Shown piece after piece: positions 9,799 to 19,240 of a stretch of DNA of 64,000 bases. The notes under the pieces are model-generated. The model made no database searches. It had not been told where the DNA came from and saw only the letters and a program-made list of their open reading frames with translations. Each line of letters begins with the position of its first letter. The first letter of the stretch is position 1. Source of the stretch: an uncultured Gammaproteobacteria bacterium (lineage in GTDB: Bacteria; Patescibacteriota; Microgenomatia; Daviesbacterales; UBA10151); NCBI GenBank assembly GCA_964504665.1, contig CAZDEH010000003.1:1140-65139 (forward strand). Direction: 5' to 3'. Made by a program: the position numbers and the translations under genes.

Positions 9799-12012
9799 CT
9801 ATCGTCCAGTGCGGGCGTCTTTTTGTGCATCTTCAAGATCTCGGTCAATTCTAATCACTCTTAACAAACGATTTTGCTCTTCTAAAAATACTATACGTTC
9901 TTGTTTATCTTTAATTTGTGCAATAATATCAGGATAACCCCAACCAAATTTACCAATCACTTTCATTGCTTCACTGAGACTATTTAAATTAGTTGGTGAG
10001 ATACTACCATAATCCAGGTCGTAATTTTGAATAGCATCAACAAAAGGTCTTAAGTGAATACCAATTTCCCGCTGTAATCTTCGGTTAAGCTCGTCAAGCC
10101 GTCTTTTCTCATTCTCTCCCTCGCTAATAATTGGTTGTTCTATGATGTCTGGTCTTGTAGTGGGCAAAGGAGTTCGCATCTCAGGTGGTCTAACAGGAAC
10201 TTGCTGAGAAGGTGCTGAAGGAACAACTGCTACTATTGGTTTTTCCGGTACTGAAGCAATTGGTTTTGGTGGAATTGCAGCTTTTGCACTACGCTCATCT
10301 CTTTCTTTCTGTTTCGCTAATGCAAATTTTATCGTCATCAGACCACCTTCTTCAATAACCTCTGATTGCAAATCACGGTCAAGCTTCGTTAAATCTTGGA
10401 TTCTTTGTTGGATTTCTCTCACTTCTTGCTCATTTAATACCACGCCTCGATCCCTTATCGAAAAGTTTCTCATGATATACCGGTAAATCATTTGACCCAA
10501 TAAACTCCCTGTGCCTGCTCTAGTATCTGTAAAAGAGTGCTCTACTAAACGGTCCACAAGATAGCTATTTTGCTGTACATTAATACTCTTTCTTCTCTCC
10601 ATATAAACTACTTCTAATTGTTGTTTAGCAAAATTCAAATCACCTACAGTTATCGATGAGAAAACAGACCTTTGATTACTTTTTAACTTTCCGATTGCTT
10701 CATCGATCGTGACTGCATCAACACCCCGTTGAACTAATGCTCCGCGGTTTGCTACCAGATTTTCAATAAATTGACTCGTTTGCATAATCTGCTTATTGGC
10801 TTCGATTATATTACGGGCTATTGTTGCTGGTTGAACAGATTTAAAATCCATAACAAATCCCAGGCGTTCAAGTAAATTAACTTCAGTGGATGTTAAATTA
10901 TCAGCAGGTTTTTTTGAAACTTCCAAATATATTCTTCTTAACAACTTTCGGTTATAACCCTTTTTTACTTCACTATATTTTTGCACTGGCTGTTCTGCTG
11001 CAAATACCTCCGAAACTTGTGATAAATTTAGTCTTTGATCTTCCAGGATGGCTGGCACGTTATCAAACAGATTTTCTCTCTGCACAGAGTCAACCACTTT
11101 CCCCAGAGAGGTAAGGATAGTTCTGGCGAGCTCGTCTCTTACCCTTTCCCGACTAGTACCCTCGGGAACAGATGCTAATTTCTTCTCTATCTCTGGTGTG
11201 TGTAACATACCATATATATTGCGGATTGCAGCCTGTTCGCCACCGATCGCTGGTGAAAGTTTTGCTACTAATTCAAGTGCTGCTCTAGCCACGTTAAAGC
11301 TTCGCAAATTGGATAATTGGATAACTTCCGCCATTTCCAGAAAAGCTTGTATTATCCTCTGTTTTTGTTCTTGTGTTTCATTCACCAAAATAGTTTCTTT
11401 TTTCAGTTGAGTCTCAAGTATACTTGGAGCGAGTGAACTTTTGGTAGCCAGAAATCCAAGGGCGGCTGTGGCTGAATATTGAGCAGCAATCTCAGGTCCA
11501 ACCATATTATTCCAACCATTCATCAGGTGACCAGCAATTCTACCCGGAACTATTTCTTGATGCGCCCTGGTAGAGGGGATAACAGCGCGCAGATATTGCA
11601 GCCAAGTCAGAGCTTGTTGATCGTCGCACTGTTCGTCACGATGGACAACTGTTAAATCATGAAGGAAAGTTGCTGTCACATCTTTGACTTCAAAAACAAA
11701 GTCAGGTTTGGCCCGCTGAATAATTTCTGGATGATCAGCAGCAAATTTGGTACGGTTCAAACCGTCAAGTACGAAATAACGAGTGGTCTCTTTCCCATCT
11801 GGTAAAGGTGTTAATACCCTCACTACTTGAGGCTTATCCCAAGCCTCAATACTAAAATTATGTTCCAGACGGTTATAAATTTCTGGACTAATAATATTTG
11901 CAGCCGGATTTCCTCTAACTAATTCCAGAGGGTCAACGGCAAATATTCTTCCGTTCTCCGGATTTTGATATCCTTCTGTTTTATTTTCCTTACTAATATC
12001 TGGTGAAGCCAT
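9799..12012 (-). CDS. Large protein with N-terminal ParB/Srx-like domain, helical core and Pro-rich linker
   Basis: P-x-V-V...YFVLDGLNRT resembles the ParB-N 'Y-x-I-x-DG-x-H/N-R' motif. Confidence 0.6.
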   Translation of the reverse strand: MASPDISKENKTEGYQNPENGRIFAVDPLELVRGNPAANIISPEIYNRLEHNFSIEAWDKPQVVRVLTPLPDGKETTRYFVLDGLNRTKFAADHPEIIQRAKPDFVFEVKDVTATFLHDLTVVHRDEQCDDQQALTWLQYLRAVIPSTRAHQEIVPGRIAGHLMNGWNNMVGPEIAAQYSATAALGFLATKSSLAPSILETQLKKETILVNETQEQKQRIIQAFLEMAEVIQLSNLRSFNVARAALELVAKLSPAIGGEQAAIRNIYGMLHTPEIEKKLASVPEGTSRERVRDELARTILTSLGKVVDSVQRENLFDNVPAILEDQRLNLSQVSEVFAAEQPVQKYSEVKKGYNRKLLRRIYLEVSKKPADNLTSTEVNLLERLGFVMDFKSVQPATIARNIIEANKQIMQTSQFIENLVANRGALVQRGVDAVTIDEAIGKLKSNQRSVFSSITVGDLNFAKQQLEVVYMERRKSINVQQNSYLVDRLVEHSFTDTRAGTGSLLGQMIYRYIMRNFSIRDRGVVLNEQEVREIQQRIQDLTKLDRDLQSEVIEEGGLMTIKFALAKQKERDERSAKAAIPPKPIASVPEKPIVAVVPSAPSQQVPVRPPEMRTPLPTTRPDIIEQPIISEGENEKRRLDELNRRLQREIGIHLRPFVDAIQNYDLDYGSISPTNLNSLSEAMKVIGKFGWGYPDIIAQIKDKQERIVFLEEQNRLLRVIRIDRDLEDAQKDARTGR

Positions 12013-12106
12013 TGGGGGGCATTTTAGCACTACATATAATATTTTTCAAGTACAACTACATCCTATCGCTATATACATCAAAATTGCTTTTAGGTAAAAT
12101 GATGGA

Positions 12107-12769
12107 ATGGATCCAACTATTTTTGCCGGAGCAATTGTTATTTTACTTTTTTCAGTTATAGTCCATGAAGTTATGCATGGTTTAGTGGCTTTAAAGTTTG
12201 GTGACAGGACAGCCCAAAATGCTGGCAGGTTAACTTTAAATCCACTCCCCCATATTGATCCTATAGGCACAATTCTGGTACCAACCATACTTATATTATC
12301 AGGATTATTACTTCCAGGTGGTAATAGTTTTATTATTGGGTGGGCCAAACCTGTACCAGTAAATCCGTTAAATTTCTCCAATTTCAGAACAGGCGAGTTG
12401 TTTGTATCTTTAGCAGGCGTCGGATCAAATTTTGCTTTAGCTATTTTTGCTGCTATAATTTATCATTTGTTTATCCTCTTGTTACCTCAAGCAATCCTTG
12501 AATTACTAAAATTTACCGTTACAATTAATCTACTTTTAGGTATATTTAATTTATTGCCTATTCCTCCTCTTGACGGGTCAAAAGTTCTCATGTCCAGATT
12601 ACCAACAACATTAGCTATCCAGTATCAAAGCATTGAAAGATATGGCATGTTTATATTGCTATTCCTTTGGTTTGTCCCAATTGGAGGAATACCAATCCTA
12701 AGTCTAATTATAGGTATTGCAGTTAGTACAATTAATTTAATCTTAAGAGTTCCTTTAAGGCTTTTTTGA
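12107..12769 (+). CDS. Site-2 protease (M50 family)
   Basis: HEVMH, GRLTLNPLPHID, FNLLPIPPLDG. Confidence 0.95.
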   Translation: MDPTIFAGAIVILLFSVIVHEVMHGLVALKFGDRTAQNAGRLTLNPLPHIDPIGTILVPTILILSGLLLPGGNSFIIGWAKPVPVNPLNFSNFRTGELFVSLAGVGSNFALAIFAAIIYHLFILLLPQAILELLKFTVTINLLLGIFNLLPIPPLDGSKVLMSRLPTTLAIQYQSIERYGMFILLFLWFVPIGGIPILSLIIGIAVSTINLILRVPLRLF

Positions 12770-12778
12770 GACTAAACT

Positions 12779-13099
12779 TTAATTTTTTCTCAGTTCATGA
12801 GCAATAACTGGAATTTTTCCAATATCTTTCAACTTTTTCTCATGCTCAAAAACAGTTTCATCTACATGTTCAGCAAACTCTAGAATAGTATCAGCTTTTT
12901 CATTTAATTCTTTAAATTTATCACCAAATTTTCTTTCAATTCTTTTAATATCATCTTTGACTTCTTGCATATCTTCTTTAATACCGCCAACATCCTTTTT
13001 AATCCCTTGAACATCAACTTTTACTTCTTGAATATCATCTTTAGAAGCCACAGCTTCTATTAGCCTTGTTACTAATTTAGTAATATCTTTATCATTCAT
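12779..13099 (-). CDS. Small coiled-coil hypothetical protein
   Basis: ASKDD followed by heptad repeats. Confidence 0.75.
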   Translation of the reverse strand: MNDKDITKLVTRLIEAVASKDDIQEVKVDVQGIKKDVGGIKEDMQEVKDDIKRIERKFGDKFKELNEKADTILEFAEHVDETVFEHEKKLKDIGKIPVIAHELRKN

Positions 13100-13251
13100 A
13101 AATACATTTTAGTTTTAACTTTCCAAGAACACAATCTAGTACTAATAGATCAAATTACTTCAATTATTAATAACTACTTGAATAGCCCTTTATGAAGCCT
13201 TAAACATAAGTCTAAATCATAAATTTAGGCACGATTTTGAGCATTTTTAAC

Positions 13252-13280
13252 TTGACAAGAAACTTAATAATTGTTAGTAT
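13252..13280 (+). promoter_or_regulatory. Sigma70 promoter with extended -10
   Basis: TTGACA, 17-bp spacer, TAGTAT, preceded by TGn. Confidence 0.7.
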
Positions 13281-13286
13281 TAAGAT

Positions 13287-13490
13287 GTCCGAAAGGACAA
13301 GTAGATGGTCCGCCTTAGGCGAGACTCCCTACGAGGTACGTTAAAAGTTTGAGGATTACATTTTTCCTCCATCGTTAATAAACTTTGGAGATCCGGAGTG
13401 TCCCGGCGTAAAGTCGGACCAGGATTTCCACCTGAAAGTATTAGGGGAAAAAACCTCAAGCCACGGCTGAGTAGGGTGGAATTATTTTTT
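13287..13490 (+). ncRNA. Structured ncRNA, 6S RNA-like candidate
   Basis: Lies between a promoter and a terminator. Nested helices CCCTAC/GTAGGG, TTGAGG/CCTCAA, TTTTTCC/GGAAAAA, a central bubble, TGGAGATCC/GGATTTCCA and an apical CCGGC/GTCGG stem. Confidence 0.5.
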
Positions 13491-13506
13491 TTATTTTGAA
13501 TTCTGC

Positions 13507-13539
13507 CCAGTCCCTCGAAACTTCGAGGGGCTGGTTTTT
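13507..13539 (+). terminator. Intrinsic terminator
   Basis: CCAGTCCCTCGAA-ac-TTCGAGGGGCTGG followed by TTTTT. Confidence 0.8.
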
Positions 13540-13594
13540 GTATTATCAGCTTCCAGTTCCCAATCAACCAACTTTTTGTTAAAATATACACTGT

Positions 13595-13666
13595 GCCGAT
13601 GTAGCTCAGAAGTAGAGCAGACGCTTTGTAAGCGTAAGGTCGAGATTGCGATATTCTCCATCGGCT
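13595..13666 (+). tRNA. tRNA-Thr(TGT) with atypical T-arm
   Basis: GCCGATG/CATCGGC acceptor stem, anticodon loop TTTGTAA, T-loop TGCGATA. Confidence 0.85.
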
Positions 13667-13725
13667 CAGACTTATGGTTATTTTAGTATCTTGATATTTG
13701 TGTTTTATTTGGGTAACATATAATT

Positions 13726-14361
13726 ATGCGTCCTGCCTTTTATGATGATCTTCAATATAAACAAAAACAATCAGAGATTATCCATAAATATTGGCAAAAT
13801 GGAATATATAACAAGTTAGTAAAACCCTTAGAAATCAGATACTGTAAAAACATTAGCTGCAATTCTCCTTTTAAAATTAAGCCTTATGGAAAGAAAATAT
13901 ATTGTAGTTCTAGGTGCGCTGCCATTATCAATAACATAAATAGATTTCGAAAAATTGTTTTTTGTAGAACATGTAATAAACAATTAAATCGATCTAATCG
14001 GGTTTACTGTTCTGTAAAGTGCCAGATGATATATCAACATAAAATCCTAATAGAAGATTGGCAGAAAAAATCAATTGATGGAAATCCAATTTTAAATACT
14101 AAAAATATATCAAGACATCTTAAGCGCTTTTTACTAGAAAAATACGGAGAAAAGTGCTTAGCTTGCGGATGGGATAATATTAATCCCCTAACTAATAAAG
14201 TTCCTTTGGAAATAGACCATATAGACGGAAATTCTAGTAATAATAAGGAAGGAAATTTGAGATTACTTTGTCCTAATTGCCATTCATTAACTCCTCATTT
14301 TAGAAACCTAAACAAAGGTAACGGAAGAGCCTGGAGACAAAAACAATCCAAAATAATATAA
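13726..14361 (+). CDS. HNH endonuclease with N-terminal Zn-finger repeats
   Basis: YCSxxC repeats, CxxC...LEIDHIDGNSSNN...NLRLLCPNCH. Confidence 0.92.
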   Translation: MRPAFYDDLQYKQKQSEIIHKYWQNGIYNKLVKPLEIRYCKNISCNSPFKIKPYGKKIYCSSRCAAIINNINRFRKIVFCRTCNKQLNRSNRVYCSVKCQMIYQHKILIEDWQKKSIDGNPILNTKNISRHLKRFLLEKYGEKCLACGWDNINPLTNKVPLEIDHIDGNSSNNKEGNLRLLCPNCHSLTPHFRNLNKGNGRAWRQKQSKII

Positions 14362-14471
14362 TTTTGTGGCAAGCTGGCATAACTAAGTGATAAGAACAGC
14401 AGTTTGTAACAGTCCGATCCCGACATCAACAGGGACAGGATCTCTGAGCGGAGCGAAAGGTTCTTATTCTG

Positions 14472-14699
14472 TTAGGAGACTCCTATATTACACCCTAAAA
14501 CTTCTGACAGAATCTTAAAACAATCAGCCCTTAATTGTCTTACGTATCCTTGACGGATCATATAAATTAATACTTCTGAAAGACCCTGATTACTTAATCG
14601 TTCATCAATAACTTGAGCATCCCCTCTAACCCAAGCATCTTTGATGACCTGATGGGATATTGGTAAATAAGACCATTCTGTGCTTATTTCTTTTTTCAT
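14472..14699 (-). CDS. Hypothetical protein
   Basis: 75-aa ORF only. Confidence 0.45.
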   Translation of the reverse strand: MKKEISTEWSYLPISHQVIKDAWVRGDAQVIDERLSNQGLSEVLIYMIRQGYVRQLRADCFKILSEVLGCNIGVS

Positions 14700-14749
14700 A
14701 AAATATGTTTCTGGTTAATTTTATCAGAATTTGATAAAATTTTCCCACT

Positions 14750-14824
14750 GCCGACGTAGCTTAGTGGTAAAGCACTTCATTGGTAATGAAGAGACCATGG
14801 GTTCGATCCCCATCGTCGGCTCCA
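14750..14824 (+). tRNA. tRNA-Thr(GGT)
   Basis: Canonical cloverleaf, GGTTCGATCC, encoded CCA. Confidence 0.97.
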
Positions 14825-14873
14825 ACCTTAAAACTTATTGAATTTCTATCATTTATATGTATATGATTAACTT

Positions 14874-15449
14874 ATGCATGGTTTTACTGCCTTACCTTTA
14901 GTTATTATTTTAGTCATTGCTGGTGTTGTGGGTGTTGGTTGGTACACATTCTCAGCTAACCAACAAGCTAAAGTTACAGTTTCTCCCAGCATTAAGCCTA
15001 CTGTTCTATCAACACCCAGTCCAACATTAACTCCTACATTTACTCCCAAACCCACTTTAAAACCTACTATCAAATTAAGTCCTACGCCTTCCCCGAGTCC
15101 CTCTCCTACACCAACTCCTACACCTACCCCAACTAGCAGTTCACAATCATCGGGTTGTAATACAAGTACTGATTTAGGAAATTTAACAGTTAATATTCAA
15201 CCAAACTCAGGTGAGTCATTAGTTGGAGATGCCTCAGTAAATATGAGCAACGGTAGCGGTGACTGTGCCGGAAATGATTCCAGACTGCCTTACACACAGA
15301 TTATCCGTCAAGGATCAACCTCAATTACATTCCCCAGTTTTAGACCAGGGAAATTCCATATCCAGGTTGGCTATCATGGGAATAATTATGACAATGATGT
15401 AAATATAAACCCAGGGGATAATTCAATAACTGTGACGGTAAATAATTAG
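14874..15449 (+). CDS. Surface protein with pilin-like N-terminus, Pro/Thr-rich stalk and small beta domain
   Basis: MHGF followed by a hydrophobic helix, PT repeats. Confidence 0.7.
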   Translation: MHGFTALPLVIILVIAGVVGVGWYTFSANQQAKVTVSPSIKPTVLSTPSPTLTPTFTPKPTLKPTIKLSPTPSPSPSPTPTPTPTPTSSSQSSGCNTSTDLGNLTVNIQPNSGESLVGDASVNMSNGSGDCAGNDSRLPYTQIIRQGSTSITFPSFRPGKFHIQVGYHGNNYDNDVNINPGDNSITVTVNN

Positions 15450-15464
15450 GGGTTCCTAAGGAAT

Positions 15465-15995
15465 TTATTTTTTAGAAGGATACTTTGGTCTGTGATGTTT
15501 AGCAAACTCAAGCATATCTTCCAATCTGATTCCTTTTACCACTTTATCACAACTAACAGCCACTCCCTGATCTGTTTCAACTAATAACTCTTTTTGTAAT
15601 GATGGTAAAGCACCTCGTCTTATCGCTGAGTAGATTGTTTGTAATGGGATTTGGGTAATATCCGAAGTTCTTCCAGGAGTGTAAAAATCATTTCTTTCTA
15701 AAAGCACTAAAGCTACACGTCTCCTTAACTGCCAGTCCTTACCCATCAAACTACTTAATTCTTGCTTATCTGGTCTTTCCTGTATTCTCCTTCTAACTTC
15801 TGCGTATTCTTGAGAATTTAGTGGTTCATCATCACTAATCCCATACGCTTGTCTATATTCTGCTTGAGATTTGTAACCATGAACCTTTAAATGTGATCTA
15901 TGCAGAAGATTAAACCCACCGCCACATTCCTGACAAACAACTTTGTCAGGTCTTTCAACAGCCTTTTTTCCGCCTAAAACTTTTTCTGGACCCAT
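15465..15995 (-). CDS. Ros/MucR-like zinc finger plus HTH protein
   Basis: CQECG...HLKVHG...EYRQAYG, C-terminal HTH-like IPLQTIYSAIRRG. Confidence 0.65.
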   Translation of the reverse strand: MGPEKVLGGKKAVERPDKVVCQECGGGFNLLHRSHLKVHGYKSQAEYRQAYGISDDEPLNSQEYAEVRRRIQERPDKQELSSLMGKDWQLRRRVALVLLERNDFYTPGRTSDITQIPLQTIYSAIRRGALPSLQKELLVETDQGVAVSCDKVVKGIRLEDMLEFAKHHRPKYPSKK

Positions 15996-16061
15996 AAAGG
16001 CTAATTTTACTTGATAACTATGGGATTGTCAAAACTAACTCTAACAGAGGGATATTAAGAG

Positions 16062-16688
16062 TTATTTACAGACAGTTAGATCAGAACCAGCTTCATATAA
16101 GTTAGGATTATCACCTTTGTCTTGGCTGGCATATTTGGTTTTATCTTGCTGGGATTCCATCGGAACTTCAATTTCCCAATTTTTACCATCTGAACAATAT
16201 CTGTAATACAATTCAGTTGAGTTAACCGGATCTATAGGCAACAGGTCAGTGGATAATATTTTGGTTTTAGATAGATCTACTTTTACCCAACCACTACCAT
16301 CAATATTTTTAACGTCTGGCTCAGTTGAACTAGACCTACCTTCGCAGGGTGCTTGAGTTTTGTAACAAAGCGCGTTTAGATCAGTGGCATTTTCTACAGC
16401 AATATTAACAGCTTGTTGAACATTAGCTACATCAGACAATCTAGCAGCATCTCTGGCCCGTCTTGTTAGTTCCAAAGGATTGATAGTCACAACCACGATA
16501 GCTGCCAAAATTGGGATCATAATAAGGAACAATACTGCAATTCCAGCTGATAAAAGTATCTTAACCCATAAAGGCCACTTCATCCAAAGAAACATAAATA
16601 AAACTCCTAGGGGAAAGAAAAATAATAAAGATAGTACAGTTACTACTGTTTTCCAGGTAGGGACAGGTTGATTTTGATTAGCAGCCAT
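16062..16688 (-). CDS. Pilin/pseudopilin-like domain protein with extra N-terminal TM helices
   Basis: LAAIVVVTINP...RARDAARLSD, LPIDP...YRY. No G|FxxxE prepilin site. Confidence 0.7.
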   Translation of the reverse strand: MAANQNQPVPTWKTVVTVLSLLFFFPLGVLFMFLWMKWPLWVKILLSAGIAVLFLIMIPILAAIVVVTINPLELTRRARDAARLSDVANVQQAVNIAVENATDLNALCYKTQAPCEGRSSSTEPDVKNIDGSGWVKVDLSKTKILSTDLLPIDPVNSTELYYRYCSDGKNWEIEVPMESQQDKTKYASQDKGDNPNLYEAGSDLTVCK

Positions 16689-16812
16689 TAAATCCAGTTT
16701 AAGAATAACCTTGTAACAATGTCAATAGTCATTTGATTTTTAAGCACCAATTGACTATTTACAAAACTTACATAATCACATTACTATAGAATTAGATCGA
16801 AAAGATTGAAAT

Positions 16813-17820
16813 ATGGAAGAAAAAGATAAAGACTGGAGTATTTCTGAACTTTATAGTAAGAGCTGGCAAATCATCAAGGATAACAAAATTCTCTGGTTAT
16901 TTGGTATGGCTGCTGTTGGCATTAGTTCAGGCAGTTCAAGGACAAACATCAGTTCAAAAAACCTTGATTCCATAAAAAAGTTTTTTCAAAACAACGACCC
17001 TGGCACTACCTCAAATAAACTCACTCAAGTATTAGGGGCGTCAACAGACACTTTTGCTGAGACTATCAAGAATCTATTCTTTGCGGTTCCAATATGGCTG
17101 TATGTTCTACTTGGCTTGGGTATACTGCTACTTATTCTAGTAAATATCGTTTTGGGTATGATCTATCAAGCCTGGACAAATGGGGCACTAATTGCTGGTG
17201 TAAATGCTGGTGCGGTTAATCAGAAACCTACTATTAGCCAAAATTCAAATAATGCTTTCCCAGCCATTAAAGGACTCATCTGGCTAAATATAATCCCCAC
17301 CTTAGTGTTCTTTTTAATTGCAGCTGTAGTATTTGGTATTCTTATCTTTGCAATTGTCTTACTGCCTTCTTTTACAAAGGCTATACCAATAATAATTACG
17401 ATTGTGGCTGTAATCGGTGCTTTTATCGGATGGATTCTCCTCACCTTAACTCAAATTTGGGCTAGCAGAAGAGTTGTGTTGGATAAGAGGTCTGCTGCTC
17501 AATCATTTTCCAGTTCATTTAGGATAGTAAAGAAAAAATTTTGGCATATGTTTGCCTTAGCTATAGTTAATACCATGCTTTCACTTGTTGCGATGTTTAT
17601 TATGGCAGTCCCACTTATTATTGTAGGAGGAGTTGCGGTATTTAGCTTTATTTTCTCGAAACCCAACCTTTCCTTATTGCCTCTCCTTATTGTCGTCGGT
17701 ATAGTGTTATTCCTACTTTATACTGTAGGCTACACAATTTTCTCCGGCATTCTTAACTCTTTCAAGGCTAGTGTTTGGACTCTTGCTTACAACCATATAA
17801 AAGGAGCCTACAATGAGTAA
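16813..17820 (+). CDS. Multi-pass membrane protein
   Basis: About six hydrophobic helices. Confidence 0.8.
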   Translation: MEEKDKDWSISELYSKSWQIIKDNKILWLFGMAAVGISSGSSRTNISSKNLDSIKKFFQNNDPGTTSNKLTQVLGASTDTFAETIKNLFFAVPIWLYVLLGLGILLLILVNIVLGMIYQAWTNGALIAGVNAGAVNQKPTISQNSNNAFPAIKGLIWLNIIPTLVFFLIAAVVFGILIFAIVLLPSFTKAIPIIITIVAVIGAFIGWILLTLTQIWASRRVVLDKRSAAQSFSSSFRIVKKKFWHMFALAIVNTMLSLVAMFIMAVPLIIVGGVAVFSFIFSKPNLSLLPLLIVVGIVLFLLYTVGYTIFSGILNSFKASVWTLAYNHIKGAYNE

Positions 17821-19240
17821 TCCGCCTCCGGCCGGTTTCTTTTTGAGATTACTTGCCTACCTCAATGAAAAGTTAGTTTTTCTTCTTGTAGCTTCTCTAG
17901 TTGTATGGAACCTATCAAAAAATAATACGTTGAGCAGCATCTATCAGGGGATTGTGGTTCTGTTGGTAATTATTGTTTTCTATTTTCTACTTAGTATGAT
18001 ATATAACGTTCTATTTACTCATTATTTCGGAGGCAACTTAGGTAAACTGATTGGTGGCTTGAGGGTTAGAGATGAATCCGGTAACAAATTGGCTTTTAAT
18101 AAAATCCTTTTTAGGCAATTGCTATCTTATAAATTCTCTTGGTTAGTATTCGGGTTGGGATTTTTATCAATACTGAAAGACCCTAATAAACAAGCATGGC
18201 ACGATAAAACAGTTGATTCTAATGTTTTTAAAGTACAGCCACTTTTACCACTAGCTCTCTTAGTCTTTCTTTTAACACTTGGTGGCAGCGGATATCTTTT
18301 GAAATCGAGTTTTGACAGCTTTCTCAACAGTCCTGTTAAACAGGAAGTACTAGGTTTGGTCGCAGCCTTCCAGGAGCAAAGCAAGAACAGCAAAACTCCT
18401 ACTAGCCAGAAAATCTCAAAAGAAATTCAAGATCAGCAACTTAAGGTTTATGATTTAATGAAGGCTAATAAACTAGACGAAGCTAGTAAAGTCGCTCAGC
18501 AAATGCTGGATAGCTCCAAAACAGATAGCGAGAAAGCCATATCTATGCAGGTTATTGGAGAAGTATACGCTTCTAAGCTAGATTACCCCACGGCTAAAAA
18601 ATACTTCATGGATGCCTTAAAATTAGACAATAACCTACCAGGATCCTACATAGGTTTAGCAGCTGCTAACATTCGAGAAAAAGATTTCCAGCAAGCTATA
18701 ACTAATGCTCAAAAGGCTATTGATTTGGCTCCTAACAGAACTGATTTCTATTATCTATTAGGCTTAGCTTATTATGGAGCAGGAGAAAAAGATAAGGCTA
18801 TCGAAAGCATTGAAAAGGCAATTCAGGGTAATCCGACTGTAGGAGAGTATAAAAAGACTTTAGAAGATATTAGAAAATCAACTCCTCAAACTACTTCCTC
18901 ACAAACTAAACCTCAAGTTGCTACTCCTACTCAATCCACTGGTCCAGGATATACAAAGCAGGATATAGACAACCTAGTTACAGACTTAAATAATGCCGAC
19001 AAAGATTATCAGGCAATTCAGCAATTCAAAGGTAGCTCTTCTTATAATCAACAGACAATTAACAGAATTATTGAAATTATTCCTCAACGCAAAGCACTAG
19101 CCCAGAAGCTTTTAGATAAAATGGGCAAAGATCAAAGTTTGACCCAAGCTGATTTTGCTACTTGGGATCAATATGATGCCTTAAGTGCCGAACAAAATAA
19201 GCTAGTGACCAGCTTATATAATGGTAATGGTGGGTTTTAA
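17813..19240 (+). CDS. RDD family membrane protein with TPRs
   Basis: AGFFLRLLAY, GK..GLRV, QAWHDK, TPR repeats. Confidence 0.85.
   Translation: MSNPPPAGFFLRLLAYLNEKLVFLLVASLVVWNLSKNNTLSSIYQGIVVLLVIIVFYFLLSMIYNVLFTHYFGGNLGKLIGGLRVRDESGNKLAFNKILFRQLLSYKFSWLVFGLGFLSILKDPNKQAWHDKTVDSNVFKVQPLLPLALLVFLLTLGGSGYLLKSSFDSFLNSPVKQEVLGLVAAFQEQSKNSKTPTSQKISKEIQDQQLKVYDLMKANKLDEASKVAQQMLDSSKTDSEKAISMQVIGEVYASKLDYPTAKKYFMDALKLDNNLPGSYIGLAAANIREKDFQQAITNAQKAIDLAPNRTDFYYLLGLAYYGAGEKDKAIESIEKAIQGNPTVGEYKKTLEDIRKSTPQTTSSQTKPQVATPTQSTGPGYTKQDIDNLVTDLNNADKDYQAIQQFKGSSSYNQQTINRIIEIIPQRKALAQKLLDKMGKDQSLTQADFATWDQYDALSAEQNKLVTSLYNGNGGF

Noticed and set aside
13280-13591. 103-aa minus-strand ORF
   Set aside because: Antisense to a promoter-RNA-terminator unit and has no protein-like features.
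15010-15140. Low-complexity repeat-like DNA
   Set aside because: It encodes a Pro/Thr linker with varied codons.
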